From contig URSF01000005.1 of NCBI GenBank assembly GCA_900550445.1, positions 16,601 to 80,600 on the forward strand: a DNA stretch of 64,000 bases, written 5' to 3'. Both the position numbers and the translations under genes were made by a program. The notes beneath the pieces are model-generated. The model searched no databases. It was not told the origin of the DNA and saw nothing but the letters and a program-made list of their open reading frames with translations. Each line of letters begins with the position of its first letter. Position 1 is the stretch's first letter. The DNA is from an uncultured Rhodospirillaceae bacterium (GTDB lineage Bacteria > Pseudomonadota > Alphaproteobacteria > CAAGCB01 > CAG-977). Positions 30,134-41,701 of this stretch are shown piece after piece.

Positions 30134-31504
30134 TTAATTACGCAGCAGCTCATTATATTTTTCCGAATTTTTCATCAGTTCCTTATTTAATTTTTCCGCC
30201 CCCGATTTTTCCAGCAGATTTTGTTCCGGTGAATAAAGGGAAACGCCTAATCCGATTTTTGCGTTATCGCCGAATCCCAGTAAACTGAGAATAGAAGCTC
30301 CCATATCCCAAGCTAAAAACGGGCGTTTTTCGACAGGGGGAGGGGCGGCGTTAACAAGCGCGCTGAAAATCATTCTGTCATTGCTTTTATTTAATGTGGA
30401 AAAAACGGGATTGGGGCGTGCCAGGTGGTCTCCGGCAATAATAAAAACGGTGTCTTTAAGAGGAAGCTTTTGAACTTTATTGATAAAAGCCGCTATTTGT
30501 TTGTCCGAACATTGAACGATATCAAGGAAAGCGCTTTTTTTGTCTGTGTTTCCCGTTTTGCATCTATCTTCAAGAAAGCCGTCGGGATCATGCATATTAA
30601 GCGTTAATATGATCATAAAGAAAGGTCGGCCGCTTTTTAAAGAAGACAGCTTTTCATAAGCCGCATCAAACAGGCGTGTGTCGGAAATCCCGTTAAAGTG
30701 GCTGTGTCCGGCGTCTTTTGGTGTTTGATACAGCTCTTCGGCGCCTTTGATTTCATCAAAATGATGCCGGCGCAGAAACAGATTCTTATTTGCAAAAGGC
30801 AGAGAATCGCTTGTGTAAAAATAATTGTCATATCCGTGTTGATGCAAAATATCCGAAATGCATACTGATTTTGAAAAAGAAGAAGATACACTGCCACGTA
30901 TGAATTCCGATAATTTGGGAGTAGACGGAATCCCGCAAAGAATAGCGGTTGTCGCAGATGCGGTATTGTCTGTTCCCGCGGTTTGGTAATATTGTCCTAA
31001 TTTTGCTTCGGAACTTATTCTGGAAAGCAGATTTTTGCCGAACAATTTTTCGTCGGCGTAAGTATTTTCCAAAGATTCCGCAATGATCAGGATCAGATTT
31101 TTTTTATTTGCGGGATCGGGCGGCGTGATCTGAAGCGCCATATTTTCATAAATATCTGTTTTTTCTAAAGAAAGGCTTATATTATGCATTAACTGCACGG
31201 TAAAAAACAAAAGCAGGCAAAAAGCGGATAATGAAATATAACCAAAGCATTTTTTGCGATTTATACGGAATAGTTTCGTCAGCAAAAACGGAAGAAAAAA
31301 ATTTAGAAGAATAAAGAGCAGTACTGCGCAGAGTATAAATTTTTTTAATATGAAATAAGAAAACGGAATTTCGGGAATAGTATTGGTATACAAGAAAAAA
31401 CTGAGAAGATTATTAAGAGTCAGCGACCAAAAATAACGCCGGATTGTTAAAAAAGCGGATAACAGAACGGACAGAAGCAGATTGACAAAAATACGCAGCG
31501 CCAT
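30134..31504 (-). CDS. Membrane-anchored sulfatase/alkaline-phosphatase-superfamily transferase (LtaS/OpgB-like), paralog 1
   Basis: N-terminal TM bundle. 'LILIIAESLENTY', 'TAGTDNTASATTAILCGIP', 'TLNMHDP' and 'IIAGDHLAR'. Confidence 0.72.
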   Translation of the reverse strand: MALRIFVNLLLSVLLSAFLTIRRYFWSLTLNNLLSFFLYTNTIPEIPFSYFILKKFILCAVLLFILLNFFLPFLLTKLFRINRKKCFGYISLSAFCLLLFFTVQLMHNISLSLEKTDIYENMALQITPPDPANKKNLILIIAESLENTYADEKLFGKNLLSRISSEAKLGQYYQTAGTDNTASATTAILCGIPSTPKLSEFIRGSVSSSFSKSVCISDILHQHGYDNYFYTSDSLPFANKNLFLRRHHFDEIKGAEELYQTPKDAGHSHFNGISDTRLFDAAYEKLSSLKSGRPFFMIILTLNMHDPDGFLEDRCKTGNTDKKSAFLDIVQCSDKQIAAFINKVQKLPLKDTVFIIAGDHLARPNPVFSTLNKSNDRMIFSALVNAAPPPVEKRPFLAWDMGASILSLLGFGDNAKIGLGVSLYSPEQNLLEKSGAEKLNKELMKNSEKYNELLRN

Positions 31505-32128
31505 TTAAAGCTCCTGTAAAAACTTTTTAATCGGCGCATAGGATTTCCTGTGATGAACGCATATACCGTGTTCGGCCAGTCCGTTTTGATGCGCTTTTGT
31601 GCCGTAACCGGCGTTTTTTTCCCAGCCGTAGTAGGGAAATTCTTTGGCCAGATCCGCCATTAACCGGTCTCGCGTGACTTTGGCGATAATCGAAGCGGCC
31701 GCGACGGACAGACTTAAAGCGTCGCCTTTGATTAACGCCTGCGCGGGGCAGGGCAGGCCGGGCGGAACCTTGTTGCCGTCAATTATTGCAAATGACGGTA
31801 TGGCGGGTAAAGCAGAAACGGCGCGGCGCATAGCCAGAAAAGTGGCTTGTAGAATATTCAGCCGGTCAATTTCTTCAACGCTTGCCGATCCGCAACCGAT
31901 CAAAGCGCCGCAGGTGTGCAAATCGTTAAATAATTCTTCCCGTTTTGCGGCGGAAAGTTTTTTTGAATCGTCAAGTTTTTCCGCCAGAGGTTCCGGTATC
32001 TTTAATTGAGGAAAGATGACGGCTCCCGCGACAACGGGCCCCGCCCAAGGACCTCTGCCGGCTTCGTCAATGCCGGCAATTAAAGAATGCTTTCCGATAA
32101 AAGTGGTTTCATATTTAAAATCAGGCAT
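31505..32128 (-). CDS. rnhB: Ribonuclease HII
   Basis: 'AGIDEAGRGPWAGPVVAGAV', 'DDSKKLS' and 'SIIAKVTRD'. Confidence 0.95.
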   Translation of the reverse strand: MPDFKYETTFIGKHSLIAGIDEAGRGPWAGPVVAGAVIFPQLKIPEPLAEKLDDSKKLSAAKREELFNDLHTCGALIGCGSASVEEIDRLNILQATFLAMRRAVSALPAIPSFAIIDGNKVPPGLPCPAQALIKGDALSLSVAAASIIAKVTRDRLMADLAKEFPYYGWEKNAGYGTKAHQNGLAEHGICVHHRKSYAPIKKFLQEL

Positions 32129-32134
32129 AGCTGA

Positions 32135-33571
32135 TTATTGTCCCTTTTTATTTTCCGGTTGATCAATATGTTGCTCTTTGAGCAGTTTCTTATAAAAGGC
32201 CGAATTTTTCAGAATTTCGCCGTGTATGTGTTCGATGCCGTATTTTTCAATCAGGGTCGGTTCCTGAGAAGATAATAAGGAACGTCCCAGTCCCAGTCCT
32301 TTTTGAGGTAAAACAAAACCCAACATTTCCAATAAGGTGGCTCCCAGATCTAACATAGAAAAAGATCTTTCCGTGGATACCGGAAGATTAATATTCACAA
32401 ATCGATTGAAAATAAAACGGTTTTCACTTTTTTCCAGCGTGTCATATAAAGGATTTCTTCGTGCCAGATGGTCTCCGATTACAACAATGGCTGTATTCGG
32501 ATAGACCTTTGTCGTCTTGATAAAGTCGATAAAGTCGGAAATTTGATCATCAGAACAAGAAACAATATCTTCAAATTCAACAGAAGAGTTTGTTCTTTTA
32601 CAAGTTTCTTCCAAATAACCGGTGGGCTCATGTGTGTTTACCGTAGTCACACCTATAAAAAAAGGAGTCTCTTTTTGAGCCAGTTCCTGTATTTTTTCTT
32701 TCAAAACTTCAAAGGTTCTGGAATCCTTGACAGCCAAAAAATCCATCAAACCGTTGTCGTTTTCATTTCTGCGCATGACTGTTGATCCGGCAATATGATT
32801 AACGCCATGCTCTTTTAAAAAATCAACCTTGTTGGAAAAATATTCTGTTGAACTGAAATAAAAGGAAGTATCGTATCCTGCATTATTTAAAATATCGGTC
32901 AAACAGACGGCAGAAGGAAATGTATAATTTATTTCGTTCCGGAAAGAACTCGGTAAGACAGGCATAACCGGAATACCGCAAAAAGCTGCTGCTAAAGCTG
33001 ATATGGTATTTTCTGTTCCGTTCAGCTGTTGAAATTCTGAAAAAGAAAATCCCGGTTGCCGTGGGAGTTTCGATAATAAAGGGGCATCAAATAAAGACGG
33101 ATCTGCGTAAGATTGTTCAAAAGATTCTGCAAAAATTAAAATTAAATTTTTTTTCTTTTGAGGTATGTTTTCTTTTCTTAAAGAATAAGGAATATAATTG
33201 TCTTCGTAAAAAGAAGTATTTTTAAAAAACATGACGAATAAAACTTGTATTCCAACTCTGAAAAAAGCCAAATAAGTGAAAAATATTGTTAAAAATATAA
33301 GTAGTATATTCCTTATTTTGTTTTTGGAGATATGAAAATATTTAAAAACAGAAGGAATAAGACACCATAAAATAAATATTAGCGGGAGTGTTATTGAAAG
33401 TATTTGAACAAAATATTTTTTTTCAATTGTGGATATATTTTTAAAAAAGTCTCCGTACATAAGCACGAAACTGAAAACAGTTATCGGATCCGAGGCAATA
33501 AAATCGATAAAAGATAAGAGTATTATAAATAAACAAAGGAAACTGAAGACAAAAAACTTCATATCAGTCAC
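32135..33571 (-). CDS. Membrane-anchored sulfatase/alkaline-phosphatase-superfamily transferase (LtaS/OpgB-like), paralog 2
   Basis: Same architecture and motifs as 30134..31504: 'LILIFAESFEQSY', 'LNGTENTISALAAAFCGIP', 'TVNTHEP' and 'VIGDHLAR'. It is visibly A/T-rich. Confidence 0.72.
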   Translation of the reverse strand: MTDMKFFVFSFLCLFIILLSFIDFIASDPITVFSFVLMYGDFFKNISTIEKKYFVQILSITLPLIFILWCLIPSVFKYFHISKNKIRNILLIFLTIFFTYLAFFRVGIQVLFVMFFKNTSFYEDNYIPYSLRKENIPQKKKNLILIFAESFEQSYADPSLFDAPLLSKLPRQPGFSFSEFQQLNGTENTISALAAAFCGIPVMPVLPSSFRNEINYTFPSAVCLTDILNNAGYDTSFYFSSTEYFSNKVDFLKEHGVNHIAGSTVMRRNENDNGLMDFLAVKDSRTFEVLKEKIQELAQKETPFFIGVTTVNTHEPTGYLEETCKRTNSSVEFEDIVSCSDDQISDFIDFIKTTKVYPNTAIVVIGDHLARRNPLYDTLEKSENRFIFNRFVNINLPVSTERSFSMLDLGATLLEMLGFVLPQKGLGLGRSLLSSQEPTLIEKYGIEHIHGEILKNSAFYKKLLKEQHIDQPENKKGQ

Positions 33572-33710
33572 AAAGTAAAAAATGATCTCACTACCCTACA
33601 AGGGGTAAAATACGAACAGAAAATAAACCAATTTTTTATATTTGCCAATAGCAGAAAATAAACTTTTTTTTTATATTGCGGATAAAAAAGAGTTTCTTCA
33701 TTCTGAAATC

Positions 33711-33965
33711 ATGATATGGCATAGAATAAAACCGACAGATCCCAAATATGTAAAACGCTTTTGGCCCGCTTTTTTGTTGTGTCTGTTTTTTGGGATCTTG
33801 GGATTGCACCGTTTTTATACGGGATATGCAAAAGACGGTTTCTTCTTTTTATTATGCGGTTTAAGCGGTGTCGGTACGATTATATCGGGACCGTGGGCTT
33901 TGTTTGATCTGGTGATGATTTTATGCCGTCTGTATACGACGCCGAACGGGCGGACTTTGGAATGA
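33711..33965 (+). CDS. TM2-domain small membrane protein
   Basis: 'AFLLCLFFGILGLHRFYTGY...'. The ATG at 33711 is preferred over the TTG at 33642. Confidence 0.65.
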   Translation: MIWHRIKPTDPKYVKRFWPAFLLCLFFGILGLHRFYTGYAKDGFFFLLCGLSGVGTIISGPWALFDLVMILCRLYTTPNGRTLE

Positions 33966-34127
33966 CGGCAGGAAAAAACCTTTAAAAAAAAGGTTGAAGC
34001 TTCAGCCTATCTGCGCTACAGTTATGCCCGCAAATCGGGGGAGTCTTTCAGCGTCTGATTTGCAGGTGCTGGGAAAGTATTCCCTTCTTTTTCAATCTTT
34101 TCATTTTACTTCTTGGAGAAAAAATCC

Positions 34128-37688
<3,561 letters not shown>

Positions 37689-37704
37689 TGTGTCAAACAT
37701 AAAG

Positions 37705-37734
37705 AAAAGCCCCGAGAAATCGGGGCTTTTTTTA
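37705..37734. terminator. Bidirectional rho-independent terminator (nifJ / convergent lipoprotein gene)
   Basis: GCCCCG-agaaat-CGGGGC, with a T-run downstream and an A-rich stretch upstream. Confidence 0.8.
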
Positions 37735-37738
37735 TCAC

Positions 37739-38215
37739 TTATTCCAATTCCGCGGCGATCGCTTTGCGGCGTTCCTTTCTTTTTTCACGCTGTTTGCGTT
37801 GCAGCATTTCTTTTGAAGAGGAAACCTCTTGACGTTCAAGCCATTCTTCCTGTCCGGCTTCCGTGTGTTCGTAATAAAAAACAAGATCGCGTTCGTTAAT
37901 GGTCTTTGCGTCTATGACCGCCTGAGGGATACCCCAAATCGGCGAAATCGGCCATAACAACAAATTCACGACACCGTAAATGCTCTGAGAACCGTCCGCA
38001 CCGTTCCCCATTCCCAAATAAAAATTGCCGAACCCCGGCAAGATATTTAAAACGCCGGCCAATAAAGGACTGGCGGGTTTGACCCATTCTCCGGTCGGTT
38101 TGTCAACGGAAATACCGTCGGCTTTCAAATCCCGCAGGACTATTCTTTCATGTCCCGACAAAGTCGTGCAACCGGCGGTAAAGCATAATAAAATACTAAG
38201 TAAAGTTTTTTTCAT
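37739..38215 (-). CDS. Lipoprotein with two hydrophobic segments and a highly charged C-terminal tail
   Basis: 'MKKTLLSILLCFTAGC', 'LNILPGFGNFYLG' and a C-terminal 'RKQREKRKERRK'. Confidence 0.6.
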   Translation of the reverse strand: MKKTLLSILLCFTAGCTTLSGHERIVLRDLKADGISVDKPTGEWVKPASPLLAGVLNILPGFGNFYLGMGNGADGSQSIYGVVNLLLWPISPIWGIPQAVIDAKTINERDLVFYYEHTEAGQEEWLERQEVSSSKEMLQRKQREKRKERRKAIAAELE

Positions 38216-38240
38216 TTCTGAAGATCCTTTGAATTTAATG

Positions 38241-38450
38241 AAACAAAACCCACCTTTTTCAAGGTGGGCGGATTTTCAGAAACCGTTCAAAAGTAAAGAC
38301 GGCTTGGCTTATTGAGCACGAAGCCTTATTCGCCAAAATCCGCCCGTTAAGGACAGATTCGGCGTATAATTTATTGGCCGCCATACACAATGCGGCTACT
38401 TTTGAAAGGGTTTCTGACGCCCTGTGCCGATCAAAATCCGGCACGACAAG
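38241..38450 (-). ncRNA. Structured leader or small RNA ending in an intrinsic terminator just upstream of the lipoprotein ORF
   Basis: On the minus strand there is a long hairpin, GGGCGGAUUUU...AAAAUCCGCCC (38266-38345). Next comes CCCACCUU-gaaa-AAGGUGGG-UUUUGUUU (38241-38268). Further hairpins lie at 38421-38441 and 38378-38397. Confidence 0.3.
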
Positions 38451-38603
38451 ATGCTATCAAAGAAAAGAAAGATGTCAAAGAAAAAACAAATCATCGCTTT
38501 TGTTCGTTTTTAAATAACTGTTTGTTTTATGTTTTTTTTCATATACACTGATCTGAACAATATGAATTCATCATATTTTTCATTTATTTCAAGAGAGGTT
38601 TTT

Positions 38604-39374
38604 ATGCAGAAGCTAGAAAAGCAGTTTCATATCCACTGTGTCGAAGGCGATGTCGGCCGTTATGTCATTTTGCCGGGGGATCCGGGACGGTGTGAATCGA
38701 TCGCCAAATTGTTTGACAATCCCCATCATGTTGCGCAAAACCGCGAATATAACATCTATACGGGGACTTTGTTAGGGGAAAAGGTTTCTGTTTGTTCAAC
38801 GGGGATCGGCGGTCCTTCGGCTTCTATCGCCATGGAAGAATTGCACAATATCGGCGCTGACACCTTTATTCGTACGGGAACGTGCGGCGGAATCGACTTG
38901 GACGTTCAGTCCGGCGATATCGTTGTGGCGACAGGCGCGATCCGTTTTGAACATACTTCCGTTGAATACGCGCCGATCGAATATCCGGCCGTTGCCAATC
39001 TGGATATCACGATTGCTTTGCGTCAGGCGGCTTTGGCCATGGGCAAAACAACGCATACAGGTGTTGTTCAATGCAAAGACGCTTTCTATGGCCAGCATAG
39101 TCCGGCTAAAATGCCCGTTTCCTATGAATTGTTGCAAAAATGGGAAGCGTGGAAACGTTTGGGTGTTAAAGCCAGTGAAATGGAATCCGCCGCTTTGTTC
39201 GTTGTTGCGGACGCGTTGAAATGCCGTTGCGGATCTTGCTTCCATGTGATCTGGAATCAGGAACGAGAAGCCGCCGGACTGGATCAGAAAATGTCCGAAG
39301 ATACTTCGGCTGCCGTCCGCGTCGCCGTTGACGCTTTGAAAATCATCATTGAGCAGGACAGAGCGGCGAAATAA
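38604..39374 (+). CDS. udp: Uridine phosphorylase-like nucleoside phosphorylase (PNP/UDP family 1)
   Basis: '[13 protein letters not shown]', '[18 protein letters not shown]' and 'EMESAALF'. RBS AGAGAGG lies before the ATG at 38604. Confidence 0.82.
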   Translation: MQKLEKQFHIHCVEGDVGRYVILPGDPGRCESIAKLFDNPHHVAQNREYNIYTGTLLGEKVSVCSTGIGGPSASIAMEELHNIGADTFIRTGTCGGIDLDVQSGDIVVATGAIRFEHTSVEYAPIEYPAVANLDITIALRQAALAMGKTTHTGVVQCKDAFYGQHSPAKMPVSYELLQKWEAWKRLGVKASEMESAALFVVADALKCRCGSCFHVIWNQEREAAGLDQKMSEDTSAAVRVAVDALKIIIEQDRAAK

Positions 39375-39380
39375 CCGGAA

Positions 39381-39416
39381 AAAGGGGCTGGCAGTTTGTT
39401 TCCAGCCCTTTTTTGT
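39381..39416 (+). terminator. Rho-independent terminator after udp
   Basis: GGGGCTGG-cagtttgttt-CCAGCCC-TTTTTT. Confidence 0.8.
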
Positions 39417-39443
39417 ATTTTATTTGTTGTTTGGGAGGGAATA

Positions 39444-39806
39444 ATGTTGTTAAACGAACTGCCTTCTCCGGCATTTGCGGTAAACAAAGAAGGAAAAGTA
39501 ACGGTTTTTTTGCCGGAACTGGCCGGGGAACCGGAAAATCCCGAAATCAGTTATTTGTTTGACGGAGCTTTGTTTTTCAAACGCATGCCGGGGACGGGGT
39601 GCCCGATTACGGGCGTTCCCGAAGACATTATTGAGCACCTGCATAATTCAGACAAGATGCTGATTATCGAAATGAATCTGGACAAGATTATTGATTTGAA
39701 CGACGGCCGTTTGTCTGATGCGGCTGATGTGTTTAAACGTTATTACGAAGCGGCGGTAAACAAAGAATCGTTTGCGGAAAAAGCAGTTGATGCGATAGAG
39801 GTTTAG
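39444..39806 (+). CDS. Cassette protein A1: small, strongly acidic hypothetical protein (120 aa)
   Basis: RBS GGGAGGG. It has 22 Asp/Glu against 11 Lys/Arg. It is paralogous to 41319..41675, with 80 of 118 positions identical in a gapless alignment done by hand. Confidence 0.7.
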   Translation: MLLNELPSPAFAVNKEGKVTVFLPELAGEPENPEISYLFDGALFFKRMPGTGCPITGVPEDIIEHLHNSDKMLIIEMNLDKIIDLNDGRLSDAADVFKRYYEAAVNKESFAEKAVDAIEV

Positions 39807-39826
39807 ACAAATTTGCTTTTTGTCTA
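39804..39826. promoter_or_regulatory. Palindrome TAGACAAA-N7-TTTGTCTA overlapping the A1 stop codon
   Basis: Read directly from the sequence. The half-site recurs at 39905-39915 and at 17295/17341. Confidence 0.3.
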
Positions 39827-39896
39827 TATATTTTCTGTTTTCGGCGGGAATATCTTGCTTTTCCGCCTTTTTCTTTTTAATTTCTTAAAAAAAGAC

Positions 39897-39926
39897 TTGC
39901 TTTGTTTTGTCTATAACTGCTACTAT
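39897..39926 (+). promoter_or_regulatory. Sigma-70-like promoter for B1 (TTGCTT-N18-TACTAT) with TTTTGTCTATA in the spacer
   Basis: Hexamer pattern read from the sequence, ~40 nt upstream of the B1 ATG. Confidence 0.3.
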
Positions 39927-39963
39927 ATCTTTAATTGTTTCTTTTTAGCAGGGGGCTTCGATT

Positions 39964-41295
39964 ATGTCTAATTTTGCTGCAGTATATGGTTTAGCTCGTT
40001 CAGGGGCCTTTAAGGGGCTGTTTGAGGTGGATTTCAGTTTAAGCGGCACTGTCGCTTCTGCCGTTTATGGGGCGGAAGGCGTCGCGCAGCGTATAAAAGA
40101 CAAACGTAAGGAAAAAGCGGAAAAAGAATGGAACGCTTCTCCGGATCGGTTTGCCGACGCACCTTTCCGCAGTCCGCTGGTCGAAAATTATTTAAAGGGC
40201 GGGGCAAAGTTAGTCTGGAATACGGATCAGGACTGGGAATCTTCGGTTCAGATAACGACAAAAAAAGGCAAAGAAGTTTCTTTTCAGGGAAAAAATCTGA
40301 AAAAAGAAGAGGCCGCGCAGTATCGGAATTTTATCGAAAACAAACTGGAAATGATCGAACCGCCGTCATTTTTAGAAAAACTGATGGTCGCGAATAAAAC
40401 TTTGGCCGCTTCCAAATCAGGAAAAATTGCCGGCGCGGCTTCGCTGGGCATCGTCCCGGCGGCGGTGGGGGTCGTCGCTTTGTCTGCCCGGGCGTATGGC
40501 GCAACCCGCGGATTTGTCATGGACAAGTTAAATCTGAAAAACAAGCCTAAGGATAAAAACAAACAGTCATTTTCAGAACGTCTGGCCGATATTAAACATC
40601 GCGAAGAATACAAAAAAGATCTGAAAAATCTTCCTTATATAGAAGACGTCGTTCGAAAAGTGGAAAACAAAAAACAGGAAAAGCAGGACTTTTTAAATAA
40701 AGAAAACGTTTTAAAGTCTTTGTTGCGTGATCGTGATCAGGTGAAGGCGGGCGTCGCGGCTTCACCGGAACATCAGGATTTAGTTAAAATTTCCGGCCAC
40801 CCTGTTCTGGCGGAATATCTGGACGGTGATTTAACGCTGTCAGTTTCCGCCAATAAAATGTTGTCATTTACCAGACATTATGTCGTATATCAATCAGTAC
40901 GGGACAAAGATCCGCAGGATCTGGAAAAAGGAAAAGGAAGCAGCTGGGAAGCCCAAAGCGGCGCGACTTCGGCCGGCATCGAGCCGTATATGGCGCGTTA
41001 CACAAAGGCTTTGGAAATGATCGAGCCGCCGACAAAAACAGAGTTGACCTTATTAAAACAGCTCTATCAGCTGAATAATTCGGGGCGGGATTCATTGTCT
41101 TCCCGCCAGCCGCTGGTTGAAGCCGTCAGCAAAACGGTTGATTTGTATATGACTGAAAAGAAAAAGGAAAACAAAGATTTCGGAAAAACAAATCTGATGG
41201 CACGTCTGAATGACGTCAGAAAACGTTCCATTATTGATGAACGGCTGCAAAAAATGGTTGATTTGCATTCCGCGCTGAAGAAAAACGGTCGCTGA
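39964..41295 (+). CDS. Cassette protein B1: large Lys-rich hypothetical protein (443 aa) with one hydrophobic segment
   Basis: RBS AGCAGGGGG. It is paralogous to 41702..42856. Shared blocks include 'LEMIEPPSFLEK', 'GKIAG.A.LG.VP.A...ALSARAYGA.R.FVMDKLNL', 'EMI.P.TKTEL' and the C-terminal 'MAR...V.KRS...RL.KM..L...LK..GR'. Confidence 0.7.
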   Translation: MSNFAAVYGLARSGAFKGLFEVDFSLSGTVASAVYGAEGVAQRIKDKRKEKAEKEWNASPDRFADAPFRSPLVENYLKGGAKLVWNTDQDWESSVQITTKKGKEVSFQGKNLKKEEAAQYRNFIENKLEMIEPPSFLEKLMVANKTLAASKSGKIAGAASLGIVPAAVGVVALSARAYGATRGFVMDKLNLKNKPKDKNKQSFSERLADIKHREEYKKDLKNLPYIEDVVRKVENKKQEKQDFLNKENVLKSLLRDRDQVKAGVAASPEHQDLVKISGHPVLAEYLDGDLTLSVSANKMLSFTRHYVVYQSVRDKDPQDLEKGKGSSWEAQSGATSAGIEPYMARYTKALEMIEPPTKTELTLLKQLYQLNNSGRDSLSSRQPLVEAVSKTVDLYMTEKKKENKDFGKTNLMARLNDVRKRSIIDERLQKMVDLHSALKKNGR

Positions 41296-41318
41296 TTATC
41301 TGTTACGGGAGGATATAA

Positions 41319-41675
41319 ATGCTGTTAAACGAAATTCCTTCACCGGCGTTTGCGGTCAACAAAGACGGTAAAGTAACGGTTTTTTTGCCGGAATTGGCCG
41401 GAGAGGCGGAAAAACCGGAAATCAGTTATTTGTTTGAACATTCTCTGTTCTTTAAAAGGACTTCTGATTCCGGCTGCGCCATAACAGGTGTGTCTGACGA
41501 AATTATAGATTATCTGCGCACGGCTGAAAAATGTCTGGTCGTTGAAATAGATTTAGATAAAGTCGTTGATCTTGACGAAGGTAAGATTACGGATCCGGCC
41601 GGCGTTTTCAAGCGTTATTATGAAGCGGTGATCGACAAAGAATCATTTGCCGAAAAAGCGGTAGATGCGATTTAA
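41319..41675 (+). CDS. Cassette protein A2: small acidic hypothetical protein (118 aa)
   Basis: RBS GGGAGG. Paralog of A1. Confidence 0.7.
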   Translation: MLLNEIPSPAFAVNKDGKVTVFLPELAGEAEKPEISYLFEHSLFFKRTSDSGCAITGVSDEIIDYLRTAEKCLVVEIDLDKVVDLDEGKITDPAGVFKRYYEAVIDKESFAEKAVDAI

Positions 41676-41701
41676 AAGATCATAAAAGGAAAGGGCGGCC
41701 G

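Noticed and set aside
34030-34063. The inverted repeat GCAAATC-N20-GATTTGC upstream of nifJ, considered as a defined regulator site (e.g. FNR/CRP-type).
   Set aside because: It does not match TTGAT-N4-ATCAA, and the arms are only 7 bp with a long spacer. It could equally be a chance or RNA hairpin. I mention it only under the PFOR finding.
38358-38425. A purine riboswitch upstream of the nucleoside phosphorylase gene, suggested by 'GGCGTATAAT...GTTTCTGACGCC' on the plus strand.
   Set aside because: Only the UAUAAU and GUUUCU-like strings resemble the G-box. The P2/P3 hairpins and the loop-loop nucleotides do not fit. The element is ~180 nt from the udp start with no expression platform. The better-supported structure and terminator are on the opposite strand.
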